Assembly (NCBI GenBank): GCA_002401455.1
Contig: NVTE01000002.1
Span: 32,567-96,566 of the forward strand
Direction: 5' to 3'
Length of the DNA: 64,000 nt
Origin: Alphaproteobacteria bacterium
GTDB taxonomy: Bacteria; Pseudomonadota; Alphaproteobacteria; Sphingomonadales; Emcibacteraceae
Below, in pieces: positions 29,339-38,381 of this stretch (the stretch's first letter is position 1; the number at the start of each line of letters is the position of its first letter). Made by a program: the position numbers and the translations under genes. Under the pieces are notes generated by a model, which made no database searches, was not told where the DNA came from, and was given only the letters and a program-made list of their open reading frames with translations.

Positions 29339-32300
29339 ATGAGCAATTCCGCAACGCCGAAAACCACTGGCAAATCCACAACCGTCCAACTGGATGATTA
29401 CCAACTGAATGACAGGTATACCCGCACTTCGGGTCAGGTCTTTCTTACCGGAACCCAGGCCCTGGTCCGCATTCCCATGCTTCAGGCAGAGGCCGATAAG
29501 AAACGCGGCCTCAATACCGCCGGCTTTATTTCCGGCTACCGGGGATCGCCCTTGGGCAACTATGACCGGGAATTATGGCTGGCGGAAAAGCAGTTGAGCC
29601 TTCACAACATCAAGTTCAAACCCGGCATTAACGAAGAACTGGCCGCGACCGCCGTCGTCGGTTCCCAGCAGGTGGAAACCTCCGGCTATGCGGATTATGA
29701 TGGTGTTTTTGGCATCTGGTACGGCAAGGGACCGGGTGTTGACCGGGCCAGTGACGCGCTGAAACATGGCAATAGCTTTGGGGCCTCGCCCCAGGGCGGT
29801 GTCCTGGTCATTGCCGGCGACGACCATGGCGCAGTTTCCAGCAGCATGAACCATCAGAGCGAGCAGATCATGGCCTCGTGGATGATGCCGATCCTGGCCC
29901 CGTCCAACCTGGTGGATTACCTGAATTTTGGCCTGTATGGCATCGCCATGAGCCGCTACAGCGGGTGCTGGTCCGGTTTCATTGCCGTCAGCGAAGTGCT
30001 GGAAAGTGCGGCAACGGTCAATCTGGACCTGGTCAAGGATGACTTCATCACCCCGGAGCATGTGGGCTATGACCAGGGTGCCCTGCATTACCGCTGGCCC
30101 GACCCCTTCCCGCTGGTGGAAGGTCGTCTGGTTGATCATAAGCTGAAAGCGGTTCATGCCTTTGTCCGCGCCAATCCGATCGACAAAGTGATCTGGGACT
30201 GCAGCAAAAATTTCTTCCAGAGGGGGGAGCACGCGAGTGCGGGGGGGGCTCAAGTAGCGACGATCGGAGCGATAGCCACCCCCATCAAACAGAGACTCCC
30301 TCTCGGTATCGTAACGTGTGGTAAAGGCTACCTTGACCTGATGCAGGCCCTGGAGAATGCCGGTATTGATCAGGAACTGGCCGAGAAGGCCGGGATTTCG
30401 ATCTATAAAGTCGGCCTGACCTGGCCCCTTGAGCCCGAAGGCATCACCGCCTTTGCCAGCCAGTTCGACAAGATCATTGTCATCGAGGAAAAGCGCAGCT
30501 TTGTCGAAAGCCAGATCCGGGATATTTTCTATAACCTGCCCGCCGACATGCGGCCGGTGATCATCGGCAAGACCGACGAGCAGGGCCAGCAGATTCTGGA
30601 CCCGGTCGGTGAAATATCGCCGGAAGATGTGCTGAAGGCCCTGACGCCCTCTTTCCATGCCATCGGCCTGAATGGCAATCTGGACGCGCTGAACAGTGCC
30701 GTCAGCGAAAAACTGATCGCTCTGGAAACCGTCGTCAATAAAGACCGGCGCACCCCCTATTATTGTTCCGGCTGCCCCCACAGCACCTCGACCAAGGTGC
30801 CCGACGGCAGTCGCGCCATGCTCGGTATCGGCTGTCATTTCATGGCCGGCGGCATGAACCGCAATACCGGCAGCCTGACCCAAATGGGCGGCGAAGGCGT
30901 CAACTGGATCGGCCAGAGCGCCTTCACCAGTGAAAAACATGTCTTCCAGAACCTGGGTGACGGCACCTATTACCATTCCGGCCTGCTGGCCATCCGCCAG
31001 TCCGTGGCCGCCGAAAGCACCATCACCTACAAACTGCTGTATAATGATGCCATCGCCATGACCGGGGGCCAGCCACTGGAAGGCACCCTGACCGTCGACC
31101 AGATCAGCCACCAGCTTCATAACGAAGGCGTGAAACCGATCTATGTGGTCACCGACGAGCCGGAAAAATACAAACAATATGGCACTTTCGCCCCGGGCGT
31201 GACCATCCATCACCGGGATGAGCTGGATGATATTCAACGTAAATTGCGCGAAGTCCCCGGCGTGTCGGCGCTGATTTATGATCAGACCTGTGCCTCGGAA
31301 AAGCGTAAGCGGCGCAAGAAAAAACAATTCCCCGATCCGCCAAAACGCGCCTTCATCAACGACCTGGTCTGTGAGGGCTGCGGCGACTGCTCCACCGCCT
31401 CCAACTGTGTCTCCATCGTGCCGGTCGAGACTGAGCTCGGCCGGAAACGGGCCATCGATCAATCAAGCTGTAACAAGGATTATTCCTGCGTCAATGGCTT
31501 CTGCCCGTCTTTTGTCACCGTCCATGGCGGCGCGGTCAAAAAGGGCGCGCGCAGTAACCCTGCCGACCTGATGGACCAGATTCCCCTGCCGGAATTTGCC
31601 CCGGTCAGCGGCGATTATGACATCATGATCACCGGCATCGGCGGCACCGGCATTGTCACCATCGGCCAGATCATGGTCATGGCGGCCCATCTGGAAGGCC
31701 TGGGCGCCAGTGTGCTCGACTTCACCGGCTTTGCCCAGAAGGGCGGCTCCGTGATCAGCTACCTGCGCCTGGCGAAAAAGGCCGACGACCTGAAAGCCAT
31801 CCGCATCGGCACCGGGGCCGCGGACCTGCTGCTCGGCTGTGACATGGTTGTCGCCGGCAGCAAGGAGACCCTGCGCACCCTGAAGGCCGGCAAGACCTCG
31901 GTCATCCTGAATACCCATAAGGCCCAGACGGCTCAGTTTGTCCTGAACCGAGACGCGGATATTCATGACGAACTGATCACCCGCAACCTGACCGCCGTGG
32001 TCGGGGACGCGGCGCTGGACAGTGTTGAGGCGACAAAAATCGCCACCGCCATCATGGGCGACAGCATTGCCACCAATATGTTCCTGTTCGGGTACGCCTG
32101 GCAGAAGGGCAAGATTCCCCTGTCCCTCGACGCGATCCTCCGGGCCATTGAACTGAACCGTGTCGCCATCGACAGCAACAAACAGAGCTTTAGCTGGGGC
32201 CGCATCGCCGCCACGGATTTATCTTTGGTCGAACAGTCCCTGCCAATGCCGATAAAAGACGACGCCCCGCTGACCAAACTTGAAGATATTATCGATCACC

Positions 32301-32932
32301 GGGCCAAGTACTTGACCGACTATCAGGATCAGAAGCTCGCCAACCGTTACCGGACAGCCGTGGCCAGTATCCGGAGCCTGGAAGAAAAACTCGGGACCAA
32401 GAATGATGATTTATCCCAGGCTGTTGCCCGCTATTATTTCAAGCTTCTGGCGATCAAAGATGAATATGAAGTCGCCCGCCTCTATACCAACGGTGAATTT
32501 GAGCAGAAAATTCGTCAGCAGTTTGAAGGCGACTTCAAAATCCATTTCCATATGGCCCCACCCCTGCTCGCCCGTAAGGACAGCAAGGGTCATCTGCGCA
32601 AAATGGAGTTCGGCGGCTGGATGTTCAAGGCCCTGAAACTTGTCGCCAAATTCCGTGGCCTGCGCGGCACCGCCTTTGATATCTTTGGCCTGACGGCGGA
32701 ACGCAAGATGGAACGGAAATTGATCGCCGACTATGAAGAAATGCTCGGTGAATTCGGCAAAAGCCTGACCCTCGACAAATTAGAGGCCGCAACGGCCCTC
32801 GCCTCAACCCCTTCTGAAATAAGAGGTTTTGGTCATATTAAAGAAAAAGCCGTTGAATTATCAACTAAAAACAGCGTCGCCCTCTTGCAAGATTATCATT
32901 CGCAGGATAAGACTACGGCAGCCGCAGAATAA
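29339..32932 (+). CDS. Indolepyruvate/phenylpyruvate:ferredoxin oxidoreductase, single-chain IorAB fusion
   Basis: GTQALVR, SGYRGSPLG, YGKGPGVDR, CSGCPH, GDGTYYHSG (TPP), CEGCGDC...C ferredoxin, GIGGTG, KDEYEVARL. Confidence 0.93.
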   Translation: MSNSATPKTTGKSTTVQLDDYQLNDRYTRTSGQVFLTGTQALVRIPMLQAEADKKRGLNTAGFISGYRGSPLGNYDRELWLAEKQLSLHNIKFKPGINEELAATAVVGSQQVETSGYADYDGVFGIWYGKGPGVDRASDALKHGNSFGASPQGGVLVIAGDDHGAVSSSMNHQSEQIMASWMMPILAPSNLVDYLNFGLYGIAMSRYSGCWSGFIAVSEVLESAATVNLDLVKDDFITPEHVGYDQGALHYRWPDPFPLVEGRLVDHKLKAVHAFVRANPIDKVIWDCSKNFFQRGEHASAGGAQVATIGAIATPIKQRLPLGIVTCGKGYLDLMQALENAGIDQELAEKAGISIYKVGLTWPLEPEGITAFASQFDKIIVIEEKRSFVESQIRDIFYNLPADMRPVIIGKTDEQGQQILDPVGEISPEDVLKALTPSFHAIGLNGNLDALNSAVSEKLIALETVVNKDRRTPYYCSGCPHSTSTKVPDGSRAMLGIGCHFMAGGMNRNTGSLTQMGGEGVNWIGQSAFTSEKHVFQNLGDGTYYHSGLLAIRQSVAAESTITYKLLYNDAIAMTGGQPLEGTLTVDQISHQLHNEGVKPIYVVTDEPEKYKQYGTFAPGVTIHHRDELDDIQRKLREVPGVSALIYDQTCASEKRKRRKKKQFPDPPKRAFINDLVCEGCGDCSTASNCVSIVPVETELGRKRAIDQSSCNKDYSCVNGFCPSFVTVHGGAVKKGARSNPADLMDQIPLPEFAPVSGDYDIMITGIGGTGIVTIGQIMVMAAHLEGLGASVLDFTGFAQKGGSVISYLRLAKKADDLKAIRIGTGAADLLLGCDMVVAGSKETLRTLKAGKTSVILNTHKAQTAQFVLNRDADIHDELITRNLTAVVGDAALDSVEATKIATAIMGDSIATNMFLFGYAWQKGKIPLSLDAILRAIELNRVAIDSNKQSFSWGRIAATDLSLVEQSLPMPIKDDAPLTKLEDIIDHRAKYLTDYQDQKLANRYRTAVASIRSLEEKLGTKNDDLSQAVARYYFKLLAIKDEYEVARLYTNGEFEQKIRQQFEGDFKIHFHMAPPLLARKDSKGHLRKMEFGGWMFKALKLVAKFRGLRGTAFDIFGLTAERKMERKLIADYEEMLGEFGKSLTLDKLEAATALASTPSEIRGFGHIKEKAVELSTKNSVALLQDYHSQDKTTAAAE
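30209..30305 (+). repeat. Structured palindromic element inserted in frame in the ior gene (boundaries approximate)
   Basis: Nested hairpins (gcac-GCGA-gtgc; gggggggct...agccaccccc; agaggg...ccctct); encodes ~30 aa that appear extra relative to typical homologs. Confidence 0.65.
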
Positions 32933-32955
32933 CAACAAACACCACAAAGGATAGC

Positions 32956-34050
32956 ATGATGCACCCCCTTAAACCCCGCGATGGCATATTGAATATCGTT
33001 CCTTATAAAGCCGGAGATGCCAAAATTGAAGGCTTCAAGACCGTGATCAAACTGGCCTCCAACGAGAGCCCTATGGGACCAAGCCCGAAAGCCATAGACG
33101 CCACCATCGCCGCCGCCGGTGCCGGCATGCATCTCTATCCTGATCCGGCCTGCACACAATTACGCCAGGCCATCGGCGAGGTTCATGACCTTGACCCGGA
33201 CCAGATCATCTGCTCCAACGGGTCTGAGGAACTGCTGCATCTTCTGGCCAAAGGCTATGCCACCATCGGTGACGAAATCATCTATTGCCAATATGGCTTC
33301 ATCGCCTATCCGATCATCATTCACGGCGTCGGGGCGACCCCGGTCGTGGTGCCGGAAGATAATTATACCGCCAATGTGGACGCGATCCTGGCCGCCGTGA
33401 CCGACAAGACCAAAATCGTCAATCTGGCCAACCCCAACAACCCGACCGGGACTTATCTGTCCACCAGCGAGGTCAAGCGCCTGCGCGATGGCCTGCGGGA
33501 TGATATCCTGCTGGTGCTGGATGCGGCCTATGCGGAATATGTCGACAAGCAAGACTATGATGCTGGCTTTGATCTGGTTAATAACGGTCTGGACAATACC
33601 ATTGTCACCCGGACCTTCTCCAAAATTTATGGCCTGGCTGCGGCTCGTGTTGGTTGGGCTTATGGTCCCAAAACCATACTCGACATTCTGCACCGGATTC
33701 GGGGAACCTTCAATGTCTCCGCCCTGTCGCAAGCCGCGGCCATTGCCGCTGTCCATGACCGGGAGCATGTGGCCAAGACCAAGGCCCATAACCTGAAATG
33801 GCTGCCGAAACTATCACAGGCTCTGGAAGAGCTGGGCATGACCGTGACCCCAAGTCAGGGCAACTTCATCCTGGCCCATTTCCCGGGCGGACCAGAGCAG
33901 GCGCAAGCGGCGGACACCTTCCTGCGCTCAAAAGGCATCATCGTACGCCCGGTCGGCAACTATGACCTGGCTGGCGCGTTGCGGATTACCATCGGTACCG
34001 ATAGTGAAAACGATGCCCTGCTGACAGAAATGACCGCCTTCTTCGCTTAA
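32956..34050 (+). CDS. hisC: Histidinol-phosphate / aromatic aminotransferase
   Basis: IKLASNESP, NPNNPTG, DAAYAEY, RTFSKIYGLA..RVGW. Confidence 0.9.
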   Translation: MMHPLKPRDGILNIVPYKAGDAKIEGFKTVIKLASNESPMGPSPKAIDATIAAAGAGMHLYPDPACTQLRQAIGEVHDLDPDQIICSNGSEELLHLLAKGYATIGDEIIYCQYGFIAYPIIIHGVGATPVVVPEDNYTANVDAILAAVTDKTKIVNLANPNNPTGTYLSTSEVKRLRDGLRDDILLVLDAAYAEYVDKQDYDAGFDLVNNGLDNTIVTRTFSKIYGLAAARVGWAYGPKTILDILHRIRGTFNVSALSQAAAIAAVHDREHVAKTKAHNLKWLPKLSQALEELGMTVTPSQGNFILAHFPGGPEQAQAADTFLRSKGIIVRPVGNYDLAGALRITIGTDSENDALLTEMTAFFA

Positions 34051-34070
34051 AGTCAGACCAAATTCATTAC

Positions 34071-34100
34071 AAGCGGCATCCCCCGGGTGCCGCTTTTTTT
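34071..34100 (+). terminator. Intrinsic terminator after hisC (copy A1 of a direct repeat)
   Basis: aagcggcatc-cccc-gggtgccgctt hairpin followed by a T7 tail. Confidence 0.85.
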
Positions 34101-34109
34101 ATGCTTAGG

Positions 34110-34228
34110 GAAATCGGGGGACAGAAATCAGTGAGGAAATCAGGGGATTGCAATTAATTGGTATTGTGTCCCCCGATTACCAACTCTGACCCCATTGATT
34201 TTTTTGCCATTTATTTTTTCATTGATTC
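34110..34228. repeat. REP-like element: inverted repeat plus short degenerate direct repeats
   Basis: aatcgggggaca (34112-34123) / tgtcccccgatt (34167-34178) perfect 12-bp IR; gaaatc x3; ccattgattt/ccatttattt/tcattgattc; actctgaccccattgatt. Confidence 0.7.
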
Positions 34229-35103
34229 CTATTTTTTTCTAATAATACTTTGGATAACTTGTCAACCATCACTTCAATCGAATGAGAAGATGTATCTAGT
34301 CCAAATGTATCAACAAGTGCGGGGCTATAATCATATACATCTTGTTTCTGTACACCAGACCAAATAGGCAACATCACCTTTCTTTTTTCAAAAATTTGTT
34401 TCATCGACGCGGTTTTAAATTCATGTTTACACCAACCCTCGTCAGCCAAAAACTCAGGAGAAAGAACTAAGATACATTTATCCGTTATTTTCATTCCTCT
34501 CTCAATAGATTCAATTAAACTATCGCCAACATTCAATGAATATTCATCAAACCAAACAGGACACCCCTTCGCTGCTAACTTATTCGCTAAATTAATTGCA
34601 AAATCTCTACTATCTTTTTTTGAGTGCGAAATAAATGCTAAAGGACGTTCTGTTTTAGATCTTTCATTAGCATATTTCACGTCTCTTATTTCTATATTTA
34701 ATCCTTGTGATTTCCCATGATTCTGAAGATGGACACTTTCTTTAACTAGTAGTTCTAAATCCACATAAATAATTATCTTTTTAGAGAAAAGCATAGTTTT
34801 TTCTGAAACCATGTCCCCACCATGAAGACTCATTTCGAAAGACATGTTCTCTTTTTGACCCATAAGTTTATTGAGATCACAACCATTTATTGCTGGGAAT
34901 TCTAAATGTTTCTCTAGTGCGGAAATATGCACCTCCGCACCTGAGTAAATAGATATAAATTTTGAACAGGCCTCTGATAACAAGTGAACTTTAACTCGAA
35001 TAGTTTGTCCTATTTCAACTCCTGAAGGAGAATACAATGATAATTTTGTATTCATACTCAAAGTTTTATTATCAGACTCGTAATAATCTAGTACCGTGCC
35101 CAT
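34219..35103 (-). CDS. TIR domain-containing protein (C-terminal TIR_2, unknown N-terminal half)
   Basis: AFISHSKKD, VWFDEYSLNVGDSL..SIERG, LVLSPEF, WCKHEF (catalytic-type Glu), LPIW; visibly AT-rich compared with neighbours. Confidence 0.9.
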   Translation of the reverse strand: MGTVLDYYESDNKTLSMNTKLSLYSPSGVEIGQTIRVKVHLLSEACSKFISIYSGAEVHISALEKHLEFPAINGCDLNKLMGQKENMSFEMSLHGGDMVSEKTMLFSKKIIIYVDLELLVKESVHLQNHGKSQGLNIEIRDVKYANERSKTERPLAFISHSKKDSRDFAINLANKLAAKGCPVWFDEYSLNVGDSLIESIERGMKITDKCILVLSPEFLADEGWCKHEFKTASMKQIFEKRKVMLPIWSGVQKQDVYDYSPALVDTFGLDTSSHSIEVMVDKLSKVLLEKNRNQ

Positions 35104-35255
35104 ACTTATATCCCTTCAACTATTAATTAATTTTGAAAACAATGGGAAAACAATAAGATCATTGTATATTGATTTATTCCATTTAAATTTCAATGCCTTA
35201 GATGATTATCCGCCATAACCTGAAATCAATTTACGCTGCCCCACCGATGCAAAAT

Positions 35256-35278
35256 CGGCATCCCCCCGGTGCCGCTTT
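35256..35278. terminator. Terminator-like hairpin, copy A2 (22/23 identical to 34074-34096)
   Basis: cggcatccccccggtgccgcttt. Confidence 0.8.
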
Positions 35279-35293
35279 CTTATTCCCCCGACC

Positions 35294-35962
35294 TTATGAC
35301 CGATAGCGATCCAGCCAGAAGGCAACCGCTGTCAGCACTGAAAAGGTAATAATTGTGACTACAGACGCCTGATTAACCGTCAGGTTGGGATCAAATGGTA
35401 CCGTCACCGTCATGGTATAAAATCCAACCAAGACCCCGACAAAAATGATCATGGCATATTTGCCCATGGCCCCGTGGGCTGTCGTCGACCGCAGGTAGAG
35501 GACCACACTCCCGACCACCAGCAAGACCTCCAGCGCATAGGCCACTGCAAAGTTATTCCACAGGCCAAATCCAACCTTCATACTGTCATCGCCAAGCAGT
35601 GGCAGGTCCGGGGTATGCACCAGAAGATCGACGAACCAGTGAGACAAGACCGCAAGTCCCATCACAAGGGCAACCTTGCCCGTCGCCACAGCTTTCAGCA
35701 TAGGCACCGTGCGCCACAGGCCATAAATCAACAGCGCCCATAAAACGGACGCCAGCAAGCCATGGCTATAGGGATAGAAAACCAGTTCGATATGACTAAT
35801 AGCGGTATAATTTTCCACCAGATTGAATTTCTCAATCCCAAAGGGCGCAAGAACAAAAAACAGATAATCGACAAATTGTACCGCAATGAACAACATGCCC
35901 AGCGAAGCTTTTTTCTCCACAGATTTCAACGCAAAGCCCGCGGCATAATGACCAATAAACAT
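35294..35962 (-). CDS. Integral membrane protein, putative metal-dependent hydrolase
   Basis: MFIGH, YSHGL, SHWFVDLLVH His motifs in TM helices. Confidence 0.65.
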   Translation of the reverse strand: MFIGHYAAGFALKSVEKKASLGMLFIAVQFVDYLFFVLAPFGIEKFNLVENYTAISHIELVFYPYSHGLLASVLWALLIYGLWRTVPMLKAVATGKVALVMGLAVLSHWFVDLLVHTPDLPLLGDDSMKVGFGLWNNFAVAYALEVLLVVGSVVLYLRSTTAHGAMGKYAMIIFVGVLVGFYTMTVTVPFDPNLTVNQASVVTIITFSVLTAVAFWLDRYRS

Positions 35963-35998
35963 AACATTCCCTTTTTTTACTAATTGTAGAGCAGCCTA

Positions 35999-36469
35999 TC
36001 ATAGATCGAGCGTGTGGGCCGTGGTATATTTCACCCGGCGCAGGGTGAAGCTTGAATTGGACGAGGCGACCAAAGGGTGACTGAGCAGATGGCGGGACAG
36101 GAAAATCTCATAATCCTCCACATTGGCCACCATAACCACCAGCATATAATCATAATTGCCGACCACCGCATAACATTCCATGACCTCGGCCCGGGAGGCA
36201 ATGAACTCCTCAAACTCGACCCGGGTGTCTTCCCCGTGGCGGACAAGGCGCAGGCTGATCAGGGCGCAGACCTGCATGCCGATCTTCTTGGGGTCGAGCA
36301 AAGCCACCTGGCCCCGGATGACCCCGACCTCCTCGAGATTTTTAATCCGCCGCCAGACAGAGGTCGCCGACACCCCGGTTTGCTCGGCAATATCCTGATG
36401 GGTCAGAGTGGCATCCTGCTGGATCAGGTTAAGAATTTTCTTATCAGAGTCATCAAGTGAAATAGACAT
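35999..36469 (-). CDS. Lrp/AsnC family regulator (divergent from hppD)
   Basis: LDDSDKKIL...SVWRRIKNLEEVGVI...GNYDY. Confidence 0.92.
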   Translation of the reverse strand: MSISLDDSDKKILNLIQQDATLTHQDIAEQTGVSATSVWRRIKNLEEVGVIRGQVALLDPKKIGMQVCALISLRLVRHGEDTRVEFEEFIASRAEVMECYAVVGNYDYMLVVMVANVEDYEIFLSRHLLSHPLVASSNSSFTLRRVKYTTAHTLDL

Positions 36470-36599
36470 TTCATATTTTCCCTATTTATGAATTTATATT
36501 TCAATATTACCCCAAAAACTCCCAAAATAAAAACAATATTTCACTGTTTAAGGAGTATAATTGCATCAATTAATAACTTAAACTATATGGAGACTTCTC

Positions 36600-37670
36600 A
36601 TGGCTGAAAATACCGCCCCCAATGAACCCGTTGACAACCCCATGGGCCTGGACGGCTTCGAGTTTATCGAATATGCCTCCCCCAGACCTGAAGAACTGCG
36701 GGCCCTGTTCCGCAAACTTGGTTTTAAGGCCGTGGCCAAACATCGGTCCAAGGACGTGGTCCTGTACCGTCAGGGCGACGTCAACTTCCTGATCAATGCC
36801 GAACCTGACAGCTTTGCCCAGCGTTATGCCTTCGCCCATGGCCCGAGCATCTGTTCCATGGCCTTCCGGGTCAAGGACGCCAAGAAAGCCTATAAACATG
36901 CCCTGGCCAATGGCGGTCAGGCCGTGCCCAGTGATTCCGGCCCCATGGAGCTGAATATCCCGGCCATCGAAGGCATCGGCGGCAGCCGCCTGTATCTGGT
37001 CGACCGCTACGGCGATCATACCATTTATGATGTGGATTTTGTCCCCTATACCGACGAGGCAGACGCCGATGTTCAGGGCGTTGGCTTCCTGACCATTGAC
37101 CATCTGACCCATAATGTCTATCAGGGCCGCATGTCCTACTGGGCGGAATTTTATGAGAACATCTTCAACTTCCGTGAGCTGAAATATTTCGATATTGACG
37201 GTGTAAAAACCGGCCTGACCAGTAAAGCCATGACCAGCCCCTGCGGTAAAATCCACATCCCGCTCAATGAATCCAAAGACAGCACGTCACAGATCGTCGA
37301 GTATCTGGTGGAATATCGCGGTGAAGGCATCCAGCATCTGGCCTTCAGCACCACGGATATCTATAAGACCGTTGATAAGCTGCTGGAAAATAAAGTTGTG
37401 CTTCAGGATACCATCGAGGCCTATTTCGACCTGATCGATGACCGTATTGACAAACATGATGAAGATGTCGCAGAACTGCGCAAACGCCGGATTCTGATCG
37501 ACGGTTCAGAAGAAGAAGGCATCCTGCTGCAGATCTTCACCAACACTGTCATCGGGCCGATCTTCTATGAGATCATCCAGCGCAAAGGCAATAACGGCTT
37601 TGGCGAAGGTAACTTCAAGGCTCTGTTCGAATCCATCGAACTGGACCAGATGCGCCGCGGCGTGATCTAA
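36600..37670 (+). CDS. hppD: 4-hydroxyphenylpyruvate dioxygenase
   Basis: NPMGLDGFEFIE, IDHLTHNV, GEGIQHLA, FYEIIQRKG..GFGEGNFKALFESIE. Confidence 0.97.
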   Translation: MAENTAPNEPVDNPMGLDGFEFIEYASPRPEELRALFRKLGFKAVAKHRSKDVVLYRQGDVNFLINAEPDSFAQRYAFAHGPSICSMAFRVKDAKKAYKHALANGGQAVPSDSGPMELNIPAIEGIGGSRLYLVDRYGDHTIYDVDFVPYTDEADADVQGVGFLTIDHLTHNVYQGRMSYWAEFYENIFNFRELKYFDIDGVKTGLTSKAMTSPCGKIHIPLNESKDSTSQIVEYLVEYRGEGIQHLAFSTTDIYKTVDKLLENKVVLQDTIEAYFDLIDDRIDKHDEDVAELRKRRILIDGSEEEGILLQIFTNTVIGPIFYEIIQRKGNNGFGEGNFKALFESIELDQMRRGVI

Positions 37671-37690
37671 CCCCAGCACTCAGACACGAC

Positions 37691-37721
37691 AAGGCCCCGG
37701 TTTAACGCCGGGGCTTTTTTT
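37691..37721 (+). terminator. Intrinsic terminator after hppD (copy B1 of a direct repeat)
   Basis: gccccgg-tttaacg-ccggggc hairpin followed by a T7 tail. Confidence 0.85.
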
Positions 37722-37748
37722 ACAGGTCGCCTCCAGAAAAATACCGCC

Positions 37749-38225
37749 TCAGTCCGTATATTCTTCAAATATGATGTCTGTGGACAATTTTTCAGGGTGA
37801 GCAAGACGGGTGGAATGCATCATCTGAATTTTCCATTCAGTGTTGACGTTCACCATCACCGCACTTTCCAGCCAGGTCACGCTATTGACTTTACCGTCCG
37901 GCTTGGGAAAGTCCGCCCGGTTCCAGTAGCTAATCCAGACACTGTCTTGAGAAGTCACGGTCCTAATGACAGAAAAATAATTCCGTCGCACGTATTTATC
38001 CCCCGCGGGTTTGACCGCCGTCACCAAATCATCCATATCCCAAACTTCGCCGTTTTCCAGCAGGTGAAAATCATTGGTCCCAATGGCTTTCATCTGGGGA
38101 TAATCAAACGCTGACATGGCGGCAAATAACCGCTGCACCGCCGTGAAGGCCGATGGCTCATTGGCGGAGACATTGGGACTGATCATCAAAAGTAGAATAA
38201 CAATACCGTTTCGAAACAAAAACAT
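37749..38225 (-). CDS. Secreted NTF2-like (SnoaL/DUF4440-type) protein; start uncertain (38225 or 38318)
   Basis: Signal peptide MFLFRNGIVILLLMISPNVSA; FHLLENGEVW...WLESAV...WKIQMMHST. Confidence 0.65.
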   Translation of the reverse strand: MFLFRNGIVILLLMISPNVSANEPSAFTAVQRLFAAMSAFDYPQMKAIGTNDFHLLENGEVWDMDDLVTAVKPAGDKYVRRNYFSVIRTVTSQDSVWISYWNRADFPKPDGKVNSVTWLESAVMVNVNTEWKIQMMHSTRLAHPEKLSTDIIFEEYTD

Positions 38226-38359
38226 TTTATGGTTCCCTCTCTTAATCATCCGATTGATTGAAGTACGGATGATAACTATCAGGCCTGAAAAGGCAAGAGC
38301 AATGCCCCCATACACCATCAGCCTCCCCCCACCTCACCATCTTGACAGTGAACAAAAAT

Positions 38360-38381
38360 GGCCCCGGTTTAACGCCGGGGC
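38360..38381. terminator. Terminator hairpin, copy B2 (identical to 37693-37714)
   Basis: ggccccggtttaacgccggggc preceded by an A-run (T-tail on the minus strand). Confidence 0.85.

Noticed and set aside
29573-31462. 629-aa antisense ORF (also 13642-14685, 50982-51833 and many smaller ones)
   Set aside because: Shadow frames opposite strongly codon-biased genes (ior, porin, argH); no recognisable motifs
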